From: Takakia lepidozioides
Taxonomy: Eukaryota > Plantae > Bryophyta
Assembly (NCBI GenBank): GCA_030704615.1
Contig: CM060733.1
Location: forward strand, 40,052,001-40,116,000
DNA: 64,000 bases
Direction: 5' to 3'
The position numbers and the translations under genes were made by a program. This document shows positions 63,867-64,000 of this stretch, one piece after another. Position 1 is the first letter of the stretch. Each line of letters opens with the position of its first letter. The notes below the pieces were generated by a model. That model saw only the letters and a program-made list of their open reading frames with translations. It did not search any database and was not told the DNA's origin.

Positions 63867-64000
63867 TCTAGATGTGAAATGACCATGCTATGAAATGTCC
63901 AATTTGCAACATTGTCATGGAAATTCAATTCAAATCAATTCGTTTGCAACATCGTCGGCGGTGCAATGATATGGCGTCCCTTATCCCTCCATTATGCTTC

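Larger units (their letters stand above)
54651..64000. mobile_element. Mutator-like ParB-MTase element, copy 2 (inverted, internally deleted, far end outside window)
   Basis: Starts CAGGGATGCCTCGGCGTGAGC, the reverse complement of the copy 1 right end. Colinear and similar (roughly 80-90% by eye) to 14755->5790, then jumps to ~3590. Confidence 0.95.

Overview
This is eukaryotic nuclear DNA with GT-AG introns and plant-type genes; the lineage cannot be determined from the sequence. The window has three parts. (1) 1-15482 is the right-hand part of a decayed PIF/Harbinger DNA transposon. Its transposase is split by an ~11.7-kb insertion (3038-14755) flanked by a target-site duplication. (2) 15.5-37.7 kb is a host gene island: BTB and WAK-like kinase pseudogene fragments, then a DUF212-family gene, an F-box gene and a glutathione peroxidase gene, all on the minus strand. 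(3) 37.7-64 kb is a transposon nest: an L1-type LINE, an AT-rich element with palindromic repeat arrays, a Ty3/Gypsy remnant, and a second, inverted, internally deleted copy (54651->64000) of the 11.7-kb element. That element is the main discovery. It is a Mutator-like transposon with short imperfect TIRs, whose transposase has a WRKY/GCM-like Zn domain, a MULE DDE core and a SWIM finger. Head-to-head with the transposase it carries a ~10-exon cargo gene (~1150 aa reconstructed) with a ParB/Sulfiredoxin-like domain (DGNHR) and a complete prokaryote-style beta-class N6-adenine/N4-cytosine DNA methyltransferase fold. The introns of that gene hold many covarying ~24-28-bp palindromes (GTGAATG[TG]CG[TG]-NN-[AC]CG[AC]CATTCAC), tandemly amplified in copy 2. 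By inference this could be a ParB/parS-like, transposon-encoded self-marking or anti-silencing system. Both copies here are pseudogenised, and all domain calls are from motif reading without database searches.
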